Below, piece by piece: positions 12,401-25,289 of a DNA stretch of 51,602 nt. Position numbers and translations under genes: made by a program. The notes beneath the pieces are model-generated. The model was not told the origin of the DNA and did no database searches. It worked only from the letters and a program-made list of their open reading frames with translations. Location: contig NW_004797364.1 of the NCBI RefSeq assembly GCF_000002075.1, positions 104,057-155,658 on the forward strand. Direction: 5' to 3'. This stretch comes from Aplysia californica. Lineage: Eukaryota. Within the stretch, counting starts at the first letter, position 1. Each line of letters starts with the position of its first letter.

Positions 12401-15400
12401 GGGTTGTTTTTTCTGTCCGTCACAGCTATGGACAGTTCACCGGCAAAAGTTTATGTTTTCCCTGCTTCAACACAGCAACTGGGTGCGCACGGCAAAGTGA
12501 GTATACCAAATTTTGTCGATGATTGGAGAGTGCTTTTGATATCAATGTGAAGACCGTTCTTTAGTCCCTGTATTTGTTCTGTTTGTTTGGGGGGGTTTTT
12601 GGGAGGGGGGGGGGGGTTCAGAGCAGTTTTTTACTTCAGAACTTTCAAGCTGAAAACTGATTTCAAAGATGAACGTAGAGAGTTTAGAGGTTCAGAGAGC
12701 AGAGATACTTTCAGGTTGAAAACCGGACTATGGGTGATTGCTTTTTTAAAAAATGCTTTGAAACTACAGCAAACACTGTATGGGTTGGAAAATTATGGTA
12801 GCATTTTGTCTTGTTCTGTGATTTTACACTGATTTACAGCAACGAAAGATGGTGTCTTTGTCCAAATTGTTCATACCTACCTTTGTCTGTGGTTTTCACT
12901 CCTATTAATTCTATTGTTCAGGAATTTTTTGGTCTAAAATGTAATCTTTTGAAATTTTAGGAGTGGACATGCAGTTTCAAATTTTTAGAAGACATAAAGA
13001 AAGCTGTTAGATTTTGTTCATTATGCTGTTCAATATGATCTGTTGCAATGTGATGAAAAAAAACATAAATAGCTGTTACAGTGATATGTAGATAAAATCT
13101 TTGGCTGATTTACCTCTGTCAAAATCTCTCTCTTTCTGTCCCTGTCTTCAGATTTTCTCCAGATGGCCGGTTGGTGGTGTCTGGCAGTGATGACAAGACC
13201 GTTCTACTGTGGGATCTACAGAGTCGTCAGTGTCTCCACACATTCCATGAGACTGGCGGGTGAGACATACACCAAGATATGGATAAGATGCAATGAGTTT
13301 TATTAGTGCAAGTGGAAATTTATTTGGTTATTTGTATTATTAGTAAGATGCTGTGCCTTCATTCTTCAATCTACGCACTCATACATGTGCACTTATACTT
13401 ACACTCTTGTCTTTTTTAGTGATACAGACTCTATTTCATATTATTACAAGCTTTCCGAGTTAATATTTCCTTCTATATAAGACAGGTCTTACTTGATGTT
13501 TCTTTTTGCTGTCTTGTTGTATCTCTATTTGACTTGGTTTCTGCAAACCAGCTTATCAGAGATTAAATATCCAATAAACAAGTATGAAAACACCTTCAAA
13601 AATTTTGACAGTAGCATTCATGATTCTTCTTCTTGTTCTTCTATCCCGTGGTTGGGGCAACAGTGGGGGCACTACTGCATCTGACAACCAGCTCTTGCCA
13701 TTTCTCTTTGTCCTCTGCTTTCCTCAGATTGTCACCCATCGTCTTTCCTGTCCACTCTGTAATGTTGTCCTCCCATCTCCTTCTCTGCCTTCCTCTCTTT
13801 CTCTTTCCTTGTATGGTTCCTTGTAGGATTGTTTTGGCAAGTCCTGTGGATCTTGTGACATGCCCATACCATTTTAATGACGTTCGTCTCTTCACTGTGG
13901 TCAGTAGATGTTAATGCTGCCCCACTGCGTTGGTGATTCTGTTCCGTACCTCAGCATTATTCATGATTATTGCTCTTAAAACTGGTCTCCAAAAAAAATT
14001 AGGGAAAAGAATGCGCTGGCATTTACAATTCAAAGCCAGCTTCATATACGCATTATCAGAGTGATTTCAAATTACTTTGATGTTTAATTTGCAGACTTCA
14101 GACTAATTCTAACTGGTAAAATGTCACATTCCTTGTCCGTGTTCATTTCTCGTTCTGTCATTCTATTTCATAATATGGTTAGACTTGGTCGTTGTATGGG
14201 TTCAGTTAATAACTTGATAGTCATAATAAAAACCTGCAAACAAATTGTTTAGTTATTAATCTCTAACTCAATGACTGTGTGCTTGTGTCTTATTTAAGTT
14301 CTTTGTTTCAGATTTGTCAACTGTGTGGACTTCCACCCTAGTGGCACATGCATTGCCTCTGCCTGCACAGATGGGGGAGTCAAGATCTGGGACATCCGCA
14401 TGAACAAAATACTGCAAAACCATACAGGTGCTCCTACGCTTTGTTTGCTTCTGGTTAATGTGTTAGGTGTAGATCTATGTATTCACAAAATGTAGAAGAT
14501 GCAAGTCTTTGAACTTTTTCTAAGCCGATTAAAATTTTTCTCTACCTTTTATCAAAAAGTTTATGCAGCTGAGAACTTTAAATCAGATATTCAGTGTATT
14601 TGTCTTTAAATGGTATGCAAAGATGCTTCTTTCTGTGCATTTGCTAGAAATCCAGCCAATCCAGCATTTTTATTTCATCAGTCAGCTCTGATATACTGTT
14701 TTTGTTTAGTTTCTTATTGGTGTGGGGGGGGGGGGGGGGGGGGGGGGGGGGTTGTTAATGCCCTTCCCTGTGTGGAGTGATTTTCGGGGTATCTTCACAT
14801 TTCTAGTATTTTGTCCAGTGGGAAAGGTTGACAAAAATCTTTTAAGGGTTGATATGAGGCATCAAGAAGACTTCTGCCTAGGGGCATGTGTTGAGGGCTA
14901 GACTTTTGTTGCAAGTCGTAAACATGAAGTTTTTTGTTTCCCTCTTTTATTTCTTTTGTTATCCTCTTTATTCATGGTGTAACCGTCATTTCATTAGTCT
15001 TAAATTAGCATCACTTGATGGTGGGGACACATGAGATTTTTCTCCTTTTTCTTTTTGTCTTTTAGATGAACCATTATTGATGTTTGAAAATACTTTGATG
15101 ATTTACTTCATGATTGATGTGTGATAATGCTTTCATGATTTGCTTGTTTGATTTTTGACAGCCCATGCAGGCTCTGTGAATAAAGTATCATTCCATGCCA
15201 GTGGCAACTACTTGTTAACTGGCTCTGATGACGGAACACTGAAAATCTTTGACCTCTTGGAAGGAAGGATTTTCTACACTCTCCATGGACATCAGGTGAG
15301 AGCTCCTCCTGTTTACCTTCAGACTTTGAGAAGATTAGCCTTGAGGAGTGGCACTTTAATAAAATAGCATTTTGTTGATTAGTAATCGTAAACATTTAGC

Positions 15401-18400
15401 ACCCCAGTCAACACAATTTATTGCCACAATTTCAATCTTTTGACAGGCGGATGGGCTGAAAAGTATCCCAGTAGACAAACGGGAATACTTGATAAAAATA
15501 AAACTTGTCCTCTCTGATATCTGACTCGTGTCTTCTGCGTGCAATGGCGAGGAGCTTAAGTGTTACTCCTCAGACATGGGTGCATTTTGCTATATTTCTC
15601 ATATGTTAATAATCCATCCTTTTTTACTCAAATGTTCATGTTTTATACACTATTGAGTGATAATTATGAGGTCTTTCTCCAAGGTTTCTTTGTGAACACA
15701 AGGTCTTATCAGTTTGCTGAATGAAGAAATTGTTTACAATCATGTTATTAGCACCAGTATCTCATGACAACAAGAATGTGCCACTTGGCCACTTAAAGTT
15801 TTAAAAATTGTTATTTATTGTTGTGTATTCCCCTGAATGCTCACACTGGTTCATAATAACTCTCTTTGATAGCCTGTTCATTCCAAATTACCGCTTTGTT
15901 TCCTCCGGGGATATTAAAAGAACCTTCATCTGACTGGCATTGGTTGAAAAGAGTGGACTTTCCAACTTCATAGGGGTGACAAAAGCGACCACATTCTATA
16001 CCATAAAGGATTTTTACCTTTTTGAACCTATGAACCCAAGTAGACCCCTCAGCATGGTCTTTTTTAAAATTCTTCTGCACTATGCACACGTGCCTCAGAA
16101 TGTTATGGTGTAAATCCTTCTGTCATTCCACAGGAACTCCAGTACATGGATCTTATAAGTTCGGGCAGCCAAGGCTGAGAAGGCCGAAGAAAACTTCATA
16201 TGATTTTATACCCTGATCATGTTTTTCCTGTGATGTTTGTCTCTGGCCACATAATGAAATGAGCTATAAACATAAGATTTGTCGCAGTTTTTCTAATCCG
16301 AATCAATGCCACTCCAAAAATAAACCCAATCTGAACCTCCATCCTTGTGACATTAGTCAGAGGAGAAAGATGTACCTGACTTTTGAATTTGCTTATGTGT
16401 CGAAAGATTATCATAACTAAGGATGTTTAGAAGCAATTACTAAGAAGCCTGTTTCATGTTTATCTGATCTGAATTTTTTAAGAGTGTTCTTTCACGTAAT
16501 TGAATTTACTTTAACGCCCATTCGAAAAGGTGGCATCTCCTTTCAGTTTAGCTGTCTTGTGTTTAGCTCATTTTGTGAAAATTCAGGACTGTATTTTGCG
16601 TGTACTCATCTCATTCACCCTTTTATGGTAGCTTTGTTAGTTCATTCTAGTAAGATATTTACCAGAATGAGCATTCTTTCTGTGAATTGTGTATTTCTTT
16701 TTTTTCAGGGTCCTGTGACATCAGTGATGTTTTCACGCGATGGTCAGTACTTTGCTTCTGGAGGTCATGATGAACAGGTGAGATAGATTATTACTCTTTT
16801 TATTTCAAGTGAAAGTTCACTAATTTTGAATTCGTAAGGCGTGCTGACAAAATGAGTTACTTTTCGCAATCCACAAATTATGGAAATATTGGCCAAGAAG
16901 TGACACGAGGGTCAAATTTGTAGATTTTTAAATTGATGCCATATTCTTTAATTTTAACATGCCTTTTATTATTTCATACTTATTAATTGTAAAAACTTCA
17001 CCTTTAAGTGTTATACATCTATTTCAAAAGGTTTGAATCTGAAAACTAACTCATTTTGTCGGCATGCTTCACATTTTTAAAATTGTATGATTAATGAATA
17101 TTCTGTGAACTGCAATGAATGATGAAGAAAAGGGTAGAGTTTTATGTTTTAAGCCATTATCTTGGCACATGTATGGGTGTTTGTACAGCAGACATTGCTT
17201 GGCGAAAGCTTTTTGTTCTTTGACAGTTGATATAATTATAAGACAAAAGTGTGATCTTATACAAAATAAAAGTATTTGAGAACCAAATATGGACAGTTGA
17301 GTAATGACACATGTTTTGTACTATGCAGGAGTTGTCAAGCACTGATAGTAACTCTTGCTTGTAAATGGATCAATGTGAATCTTTCAAATGACCCATTCTC
17401 TGCTTCTCCTGTGGTCATAGTGAAATTATGTTACTGTTTTTGAAATGGTGATAACCATGGTTTGAATGTTGACTTTCTTGGAAAGGATCAGATAGTTTAA
17501 TTAAAATATTTGGATAGGAGATTCGGGAAAATGCTGCTTGATTTTTAAAATGAACTTTGCTAAGAAAGTTTATCGCACATTTTTATTTGGTAGCCTACTG
17601 TGGTTACTTGAGCTGCTGTTGTGTCTATCAGAAAATGATGATTAGTATGCATGTTTTTGTACTGTGTTGATCATCATGTTTTGTCCTGTATTGATGTGTG
17701 AGTTGAGTTGAAAATGTGTGAATGATTTGATAAATAGTCCTCTAGAGATGTCTTTATTGTGGATGGCCTATGTCTTGTTGATTTGTGTGATTGATGGAAA
17801 TAATGTCTCTCTTTGCCGTGTGTTATTTGTAACCACCATCTTGTCACATCTGGGTGTGACTCGGTCAGCTCCTTGGATTATTTTCAATGTTCTTTTTGGT
17901 GGGTGGTTGATGGGTGCTCTGGTGCGGTTTGATCCTTCTTTTATATGAAGGATCTATTGTCCTTATCTTTTCTCCTCCCTTTTTGTGTTTGTAACTCCTC
18001 TGTAACACGTCAAATCTTCGGCACTTATACGACCTTATTGTGTTGCAAGTAAAACTTTTACTAAAACTAACTAAAACTGTTCCTGTTGTATTGATCAATT
18101 GTTAGCAAATATATCCTTTATCATGCTGACTTGGTGTTGTCAATGTAACAAGTATGTTGATAACATTGATGAAAGCATGATGCCATTTTCTTTCAACATT
18201 GGATTGGTGAAGTTACCTTTTTTCTCACCTCACAGTATTGTTGTGTCTTATTATACTCTTCTTCATTTTTAACATAGAAAGACCCAAATAGTCCCTTTAT
18301 TTTTGGGCAAAGAAAACATACTATTCTTTACTTTATTTAAAGCAGAGAAAGAAGTCTACTTTCATCTTTGTTTGAAAAGTAACTATCGTCTCATGTTTGA

Positions 18401-21400
18401 TTGTATCCATTGAAGGTGTTGGTGTGGAAGACAAACTTTGACGCTGAGTGTGAGGCAAACATCAAGTCCAAACGAAAGAGAGACCGATCGGTGGAAGGCC
18501 CCACGATAGACGACATCCACCCCCGTCAGGACAGGATTTCCCCGAGACCTGTGTCCAGTGAAAACACTGTAAGTACTAATGGTCTATATTATGTGACTAG
18601 TCTCATAAATACTGTTTCTATTGTAGAACATTGAAATGTGGGGTCATTAAAAAAGTAGAGCTGCTATTTGTGGCAATAAAGATATGTTTGTCCTGCAGAC
18701 TTCATGGCGGTTTAAAATGGCTCAGGCAATCAAGCTACGCAAGAGATGACAATTTGCATGTGTGATTGAGAACATTCCCTATAATATGTTGGGAATCACT
18801 GAGTGCATTTGGAAGAGGGGGGGGGGGGGTTCTTTTAGAAAGTTTCAGCTAAACACACTAGGTTGAGTCAAGGCTTTCTTCCTGTCTTTAGTTGTTTTTA
18901 ACACTGTTCCACTTATTTATTATTTGCAGGGTACAAAATCACACTTTTAAGAAAAGCAGCTTTGAAATTTTACACTCAAAGTGGTATTCGTATACATGTT
19001 TAAAACTGAATTGGATTTTTATTTTTATTTTGCTTCTCTTTTTCCTTAGATCGATGCCCGCCAGGAAATCCGCAGGTTGGAAGATGTGACTCAGGGAATC
19101 ACAAATGTGATGCCTACAGAGGTTGGTCTTTGTTATGAGCATCTTTTTCATTTCTTTAATGTGTAGCAATGTGACATTTGTCTTTAGTTTGCTATTCCTG
19201 ATTCTGTCAAAGGGTAAATTACCATCTCATTTCTTTTGCTGTTTTTTTATGTGTGTAAGCACGTTTGAATTTAGATGGGCAGTTTCCCTTAGCCAGTGCT
19301 TCTGTGTTTGTGTAAGGAATGAGTGTCACTGTTCAGAGATGAAAAGATTTAGCTTCAACTACTTTGCATTGTTGCCCGACTATGGTTTGTCAAACATATT
19401 TCATTTATAGAAATGAACAGGCAGTGGGTAGGTGCTCTGGTCTGCTCCTTCCACTTTTTTCCATTGTGACTATTTTCAAATTCTGCTCCTGGCTAAATGT
19501 CACTATCATCATGCTGGCTCTTTGTGGTTGGCGGGTGCTCCGGTATGGTTTGCTTCTTTTTTCCTTTCAAACATCTATTGTCTTTATCTCTCCTCTATGT
19601 TTTCCTTGTATTTTACTTGCTAGTAATACCTTACCTTCGGCAGATACCTGACTTATTAGGTGGGTGGTTGGAGGGCACCTACTTTTTTACTTTCTCTGTG
19701 TTGTTTTTATCTGTCTTACTTTTGTCAACACCAAATGACCATTTTTGTATCGATGTGCTTTTCTTTACTCAAGCAAACAAACCTGACTTATTTGTGTTGC
19801 AAGTTCAGTAAAATTCTAATTAAAACTAAAAACTTATGCTGGCTGCTACAACTTTGCACTTGTCGTTCTTATATGAATAAAGTCAAATTATTGTTAGCAT
19901 GACATGTGGATAATAATATTTGCTGTTCCCCGTATCCAGCAGCTGGGCACTTCTAAATCGGGCTCCACAATGACGAGTGGAGCGGGAGATTCCTCAGCAC
20001 CAATGACTCAACAGCTGGACAGCACGCTGTCTCCTGAGCTGTCCGACTTTGTGCAGCATGTGGCCAGCCAGCTGGACATCTTAACTCAGGTGATTTGCCG
20101 GGGTTGTTGTTGGGTAGATGACTTGTGTGGCAAGGTCTGCTTCTTGTACTTCTTTTGACTCACTTGAGCCTGAGCTATTTTTCACCCAGCAACCATTGCA
20201 GCGTGACAGTTTTGGAGTATATTGAATCGTTGACGACAAAAAGACTGAAAGCTGTCAAAATATAAAAAAACGCAACAAAAGAAAGAAAGAAATGCTCTCA
20301 CAGAAAAAGAAAACTGCATCTAATTTGTTCGGATAGTTTTTATTTTATCAATATTTTGAAAGGGCAATTTTATTTTCACCCAATTTATAATAAAATCGCC
20401 TATTGCAGTGCGAGGGTGACTGACCTAGTCCATTAAAACTTTAAAAAAGTATCGCACATAACTTTCAATGAAATGAAACAAGTAGGTCTACTGTTGGTTC
20501 ACAGCTTCCCCTTGCCTGTAACCAAAAAACACTGGAGATATCGATCAATAAAGCGTATCCCTTAAATACACGGGAATAGGCTCAAGTGAGTTAAGTATTA
20601 CTATTGTCTTGATCTGTTTCTTATAACGAGTGATTTTCGCCATGCAGATTTACAATTAACTAAAAAAAATTATCTGGTCCTGCGAGGTTCATGTTATCAA
20701 CTCAACTTAATTACGTGCTATCTTGTAGTATTGTTCCCTTTCGCTTTGCCTCGAAAATCGACTTACTCATATTCATTATATCTAATTCATTTGTTTCCGA
20801 CCCAGTCATATACATTACACCTTCTAATTTGTGTATAATCAACTCCCCAACAGTTTGTTGTGGAGGATGTATAAATGTATAGACTCTCAGCACATCAGTG
20901 GGAGGTATAATCCATGACATGATGAAAATATACCTGTATGATATCTATGCTCAATTGTACAGGAGCAATATTTACTTTAGTGTATGGTCTCTGCCTTCTT
21001 TCTTCCTTCCTTTTTCTTTACTTAAGCAGCTGCACAAGTGAGTGTGGTTGGTGGATGCTCTGGTGTGGTTTGCTCCTTCTTTAATATCGAACATCTGTCA
21101 TTCTTATCTCTCCTTTTTATTTTATTTGTATGTTACTATCTAGTTACACCTCTACTCTTCAGCACATATATGCTCTAATTGTGTTGCAAGTGCTGTAAAA
21201 CTCTTGCTAAAACTAACAAGTGCACAAAGTGCTCCATTTTTAGACTTACTCCTGTCTTGCACGTTTGCAGTGTATTTACTCAATCAAAAGCTGGCAAACT
21301 CCAGCACATGCATGTGAAGCATCTTTGAATACATCAGTCACTGCCCAGTCACTAGCACTGGATATTCTATCGTATTTATAGCTACATGTCTGTTACAAAC

Positions 21401-21613
21401 TGTCACTTTTTTTTGCAACTTCGACTTCATCCGTTGACAGTTACCAGAGCCATCAGTACTGCATCTCTTTGAATTTGTCAGGAACAAACTGAATCACTTC
21501 CATAACATCTTTGATTTTGTCTATTGCAGACGGTGTCACTGCTGGAGAAGAGAATGACCATGACAGAGAACCAACTCAAGGAGTGCATGAACAGCCAGAG
21601 GAAAGAGACCTAA
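2888..21613 (+). CDS. POC1: POC1 centriolar protein homolog (WD40 repeats plus C-terminal Poc1 coiled coil), 14 coding exons, 444 aa
   Basis: Exons joined at GT-AG sites with matching phases: 2888-2899, 5975-6059, 7142-7221, 7752-7843, 8513-8621, 12426-12496, 13152-13259, 14312-14427, 15162-15295, 16709-16777, 18416-18568, 19050-19121, 19940-20089, 21530-21613 (1335 nt). Translation [14 protein letters not shown]...[16 protein letters not shown]...[23 protein letters not shown]...[26 protein letters not shown] closely matches POC1A/POC1B as I know them. Confidence 0.95.
2980..3070. repeat. (TAGATC)n self-complementary microsatellite
   Basis: Seen directly. Confidence 0.9.
3133..3268. mobile_element. 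Short MITE (family B) with a CCCTAA-like core
   Basis: TIR GGACTTCCGTAACGAG / CTCATTACGGAAGTCC; second copy at about 3523-4489 is split by the family A insertion. Confidence 0.75.
3385..4597. repeat. Palindromic minisatellite (TATTCGCACA..TGTGTGAATA), split by nested insertions; related units at 893-975
   Basis: ~36-bp tandem units at 3385-3522 resume at 4491-4597. Confidence 0.75.
3572..4349 (+). mobile_element. Family A copy 2, MULE-like by TSD length
   Basis: GGCCACCTCTATTCTC...GAGAATAGCCACTTCC flanked by a 9-bp direct repeat ATAAAGAAG (3563-3571 and 4350-4358); interrupts a MITE. Confidence 0.85.
4996..5621 (+). mobile_element. Family A relative with the same termini and a different interior
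   Basis: GGCCACCTATATTTTCACC...GAGGATAGCCACTTCC; 9-bp TSD TTTTAACAA / TTTCAACAA (1 mismatch). Confidence 0.8.
5975..6059 (+). CDS. POC1: POC1 exon 2 ([28 protein letters not shown])
   Basis: ttcag|GAG...TTG G|gtaag; WD40 repeat 1. Confidence 0.95.
6943..7000 (+). mobile_element. Terminal fragment of a pogo/Tigger-like MITE
   Basis: TA|CAGTGG start followed by tandem GTCACATTCAACGAG repeats. Confidence 0.4.
7142..7221 (+). CDS. POC1: POC1 exon 3 ([27 protein letters not shown])
   Basis: tttcag|CT...AAG|gtaag; phase 1 to 0. Confidence 0.95.
7752..7843 (+). CDS. POC1: POC1 exon 4 ([31 protein letters not shown])
   Basis: ttccag|GAT...GT|gtaag; phase 0 to 2. Confidence 0.95.
8513..8621 (+). 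CDS. POC1: POC1 exon 5 ([36 protein letters not shown])
   Basis: tcacag|G AAA...AAG|gtatg. Confidence 0.95.
10033..12083 (-). mobile_element. Chapaev-type (CMC superfamily) DNA transposon, internally deleted
   Basis: Termini CACGGCGT...ACGCCGTG, AAAA on both flanks (4-bp TSD), inner inverted block CAGCG(C/A)TCTTTTAGTT, and a decayed transposase on the minus strand. Confidence 0.85.
10642..11542 (-). pseudogene. Decayed Chapaev-type transposase
   Basis: Frameshifted pieces: [12 protein letters not shown] (H-x7-CRxC), [21 protein letters not shown] (Chapa finger), then PKQHIS*QH...[11 protein letters not shown] (C-terminal catalytic E region). Most of the catalytic core is missing. Confidence 0.8.
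12426..12496 (+). CDS. POC1: POC1 exon 6 ([24 protein letters not shown])
   Basis: cacag|CTA...AA|gtgag. Confidence 0.95.
13152..13259 (+). CDS. POC1: POC1 exon 7 ([36 protein letters not shown])
   Basis: ttcag|A TTT...GG|gtgag. Confidence 0.95.
13626..13958 (-). mobile_element. 5'-truncated RTE-like LINE
   Basis: LKWYGHVTR...[15 protein letters not shown]-terminus, (GAA)n tail, TSD ATTCATGATT (13616-13625 and 13959-13968). Confidence 0.9.
14312..14427 (+). CDS. POC1: POC1 exon 8 ([38 protein letters not shown])
   Basis: tttcag|A TTT...ACA G|gtgct. Confidence 0.95.
15162..15295 (+). CDS. POC1: POC1 exon 9 ([45 protein letters not shown])
   Basis: gacag|CC CAT...CAG|gtgag; visible in ORF 15155..15367. 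Confidence 0.95.
16709..16777 (+). CDS. POC1: POC1 exon 10 ([23 protein letters not shown])
   Basis: tttcag|GGT...CAG|gtgag. Confidence 0.95.
16834..17073. mobile_element. Small MITE-like inverted repeat
   Basis: GCGTGCTGACAAAATGAGTTACTTTTC versus GAAAACTAACTCATTTTGTCGGCATGC. Confidence 0.6.
17895..18075 (+). repeat. Dispersed repeat (probable retroposon 3' end); related copies at about 19520-19830, 21040-21220 and 50540-50700
   Basis: Shared GGTGCTCTGGTGYGGTTTG..CTTCTT and GTGTTGCAAGT..TAAAAC blocks. Confidence 0.65.
18416..18568 (+). CDS. POC1: POC1 exon 11 (VLVWKTNFD... linker)
   Basis: tgaag|GTG...ACT|gtaag; VWKTNFD closes the last WD40 repeat. Confidence 0.9.
19050..19121 (+). CDS. 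POC1: POC1 probable linker exon 12 ([24 protein letters not shown])
   Basis: Long pyrimidine tract, ccttag|ATC...GAG|gttgg; 72 nt, phase 0-0, no stop; lies in the poorly conserved linker, so no homology support. Confidence 0.65.
19940..20089 (+). CDS. POC1: POC1 exon 13 (...[17 protein letters not shown])
   Basis: ccag|CAG CTG...CAG|gtgat; start of the Poc1 domain; tandem CAGCAG acceptor. Confidence 0.9.
21530..21613 (+). CDS. POC1: POC1 terminal coding exon ([27 protein letters not shown])
   Basis: ttgcag|ACG...TAA; Poc1 coiled-coil motif. Confidence 0.95.
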   Translation, partial: TVSLLEKRMTMTENQLKECMNSQRKET

Positions 21614-24213
21614 GATTTGAAAAGATTTGTCAGCTTGAGAACAAAGAGATCTGCAAAAAAACGTCTGTGATATGATGGAACAAAGTCCCGCAAAGAGCTA
21701 AAGATAGTCACGGGCTCGCCACCTTTGTGCTTCTCTCAGATCCAAGAAAGCTTTGGAGAGAGAAGTGATGGACACTGATGGCTTGCTCTACTCATCTACT
21801 CATATATATCTTTTTCATTGTTCACCACATTTACCCCATAATATTTTATGTGTTGCAAAGGATGTCTTGTTTTACGTGTTGACTTTATACCCTGTGTCTG
21901 GGATAACCATCTGTACCGTAATTTAGTCAGGAACATCTTGGCATAATTACACTTTCTGTAGCGTGGCATCAGGTTGGAGAGGGAAAAAAAAACTTCAGTG
22001 GATTGATGACAGAAAAATGTCTCATAAAAAATTTTGATTACAATATCAATCCTCTCCCCAGGAAAAATCAGGCTACCAACTTGCTTTTGGGGACTTGCAA
22101 CACCACTCCACAACAACCTCTGCACTAAATAAGAGCCATCATGAGTTAGCATGCCACACATTAATGGTGTTTTGTTTAATCATGCAACTGGTTTCTTGAA
22201 AAACAGGCTAACAAGAACCATTTAAAGAGAGATGACATAATAGTTGGCCCGCAGTACCTGTACACTAAGTGTATGTTGACTCCTGATTTTTATTGAGGTC
22301 CTGCCAACCGACCTCGGAGAAAGTTATAAAGCAAAAAACAAGTTGGTCTAGTTATTCCCGTTCCCGTCTCATACTGTTGGAGCAGAACACAATAGATATC
22401 TGAAATTGTGGCACAGGCTTTCAACAACATCTCTTGTTTGTTTGTCTGCCATGCCCTCAGAGACCTAAGGAATACATTTCTTTCTTCTCATCCTCCCACA
22501 AACAGTACATGGTGTGTACTTGTACTCAATATTCTCATTGCACTAGTACATGCCATTTATGACTCTAGGCTAAAGAGCCAAAAACTACGTGATGGATGAG
22601 ATCAACTATAATTTTTCTCATTAACCACCAGTTTGGATTTAATAGCATTTTAGACAGTTGAATGCTTTGGTTTTTTTCCTATGTGTGAATATTTAAGAAA
22701 CTCCATAAGTTGAATCAGGTTGTTTTCTCTGTTTTGACAGCTGCAGTCTGTGGATAGTTCTGAATTCCAAAGGTAAATTAAAATCAGAGAGAGAATATGT
22801 TCAAAAAAAGTTTAAATGGCGACAATGAGGGTGTGTGAAGATGTTTGATGAACCAGTGACAGTTGTCAGTTTGAAGATTGACTTTTTAAATCCCGGTTCA
22901 CGCATTTTAAAATTATTTCTTTTTTAGCAATGGCGTTCTAGTACGAATGTAAGTCATTGAATCATTCATGCAGTGGGGTAATGTTGTATTTACAGGCCTT
23001 TTCGCACAATTCCTCTATGTCCATAACTTTCTGCCTTTTGTTTGATGCTGGGATCTGATGAGACTGTCTCTGATTTAAAATCAATTTATTTTTCCGTCCA
23101 TGGTAGGGCAAGTTGTCGTCGGAAGTTAAGATAAAGACTCATCACAAATTTTCATTGCTTAAACTTTTCAGCTTCAGCTGCTGAAAGCACTGCAGTTGGA
23201 ATGGGGTGATGAAGACATCCAAGTACATTGTGTACCCTGATGGGCAAAAAAAACCTGGTGGATGGCTAATGCTACTTAAATTTATAATTAATATGTTCCA
23301 AAGTGAACTGACCCTAAATAGTTGGCTGGTTGAGTCTAAAATTAGAGAGCACAGATGGAGAAGAGACGACATTCGTGTGAGGTAACCACATAAAATCACT
23401 GGATTGTGTACATCAGAATTGTTTCACTTTTATTTTGGAAAACATTGCACAAGTAATACCTGAAGATTTGTGTACATTCATAAAACAAAGTGAACTACAT
23501 GTTTATCGTAAAATCATTACCTTTACATTAAAAGGGAAAAATAGAATAGTCTTTGGGAATAGAAGGTGACAACTAACTTTTGATAACTGTAACACAGTAT
23601 GAAGTTGCATTTTGTGAACATATATGTATTATGTAGCTTTCAACCTGAAGACAGCTTCATTTGTGTCTGCATATAGTAGCCGAAGGGAGACACTTGCAGC
23701 TTGTTTTGTGACTAACTGTGCAGTAAGGCATTGCAGGCAAGTATTTGGGGAGGGGTGTAAGAAAGGTATTTCTATGATGGCCAATTTTCTAATTTGGAAT
23801 TGTTTCGTAGTATTTTCACACTTCTTATGATTTTTTTTGGGGGGGGGGTATACTTTATGCATTGTGTCTTTCTGAACTTAGCTGTGAAGAGTTCAAAGGT
23901 GCCTCTTCTACTTTAATTTGTTGTGGTGGAGCACTGAAAATAATGGGTTTTAAAGATGAAAAATTAAATGACGACCAGGGTCTTTGAGTGAGATACCTGA
24001 TCGCTTAACATATATGCACACAGACAGATTTATAGTTTGTAGTTAGAGTGTTTGTGGTGCCTTTACGTTACACTGCCTTCTTAAGAAAACACTGGGGATT
24101 TTTTAAATGTAACCCACGTAGATAGACATTGTTGGATACTTATCTACAGAACTTTGTCAGAACTGTAATTTTGTGGATAACATTTACCCCCCTAACCCCA
24201 CCCCTCGCTCATG

Positions 24214-24251
<38 letters not shown>

Positions 24252-25289
24252 CACACTCTCACACAAATCCCCACACCTGTGTTTTTTCTCTTTCTTCTCA
24301 CAATTTAATTTCTTATAAATCAGACAGCATACATGACAAGGGTAGGTCAAAAAAAGATCTGGGAGTACAAATGTTTCTGACATGGTATGAATGGCTATTT
24401 AAATGTCGGAGAATTTTCAAATATGTATAAAATACATCGCTCTGTTTTATTTACCTTAAATAATCTGTTTTGTAGAACTGCTAAACAAAACTGTCAGGCT
24501 TAGATTTTTTTAATAAGCACTGGTTGTATTTATTATAGATGTATGTGTACATGTAAATTACGCATTGCCTTAATCATGTAAATAAATCATATGAATGAAA
24601 CTTTTTAGGATTGTTGTTTCTTTTGATATTTAGTCTGTTCATGTATGATATAATATAGATTAATATAGATTGTAAAGTACATTGAGCTTGCTGTTGAGCA
24701 AGCATTTGTGCTCTACAAATGTTATTTATTAATATCATTGTTTTTGTTATTATTTTTATTATTATTATCACTAAAATTTGAATATTTTAGGGCTTTTGAT
24801 AATAGTTGGGCTGCCGGATTTTCTTCAGGTTAGCCAGGTTTTCTTTTTAGAGAGGTTGCTTAAACCTAAAAGTAAGAGAAAAAAATCAAGGATTCCATTT
24901 TCTGACGGTTTACCCCTCTTATCTTCAGTGTAAGTGGACTCCACAGTACTTGTGCACATGTGGGTGGACGGTGCGAAAATTTTAGCGTCTTCTTATACTC
25001 TTAAGAAGGCGGCAAAATTGGGCACTATCCATGAAGAAGTTGACATTGCCAGCATCTTGGTGATGAGCCTGACAATTACACTATAGACACTGGAAAATAA
25101 GACCTGTCTATAAGTCTGAGTTTCACTGCAGTTCGTGTAGTACAACATACAAGTACATGATATAAGATATTCTGATCTAGCTCACTGCATACGAGATAAA
25201 AATGTCTCCGAAAAACCCTTAACATCACAAGATGAGACAGGCAGAAAAATGAAGAAGCAGGAACAGTTACTGGCACCGAGTGCTGCCTG

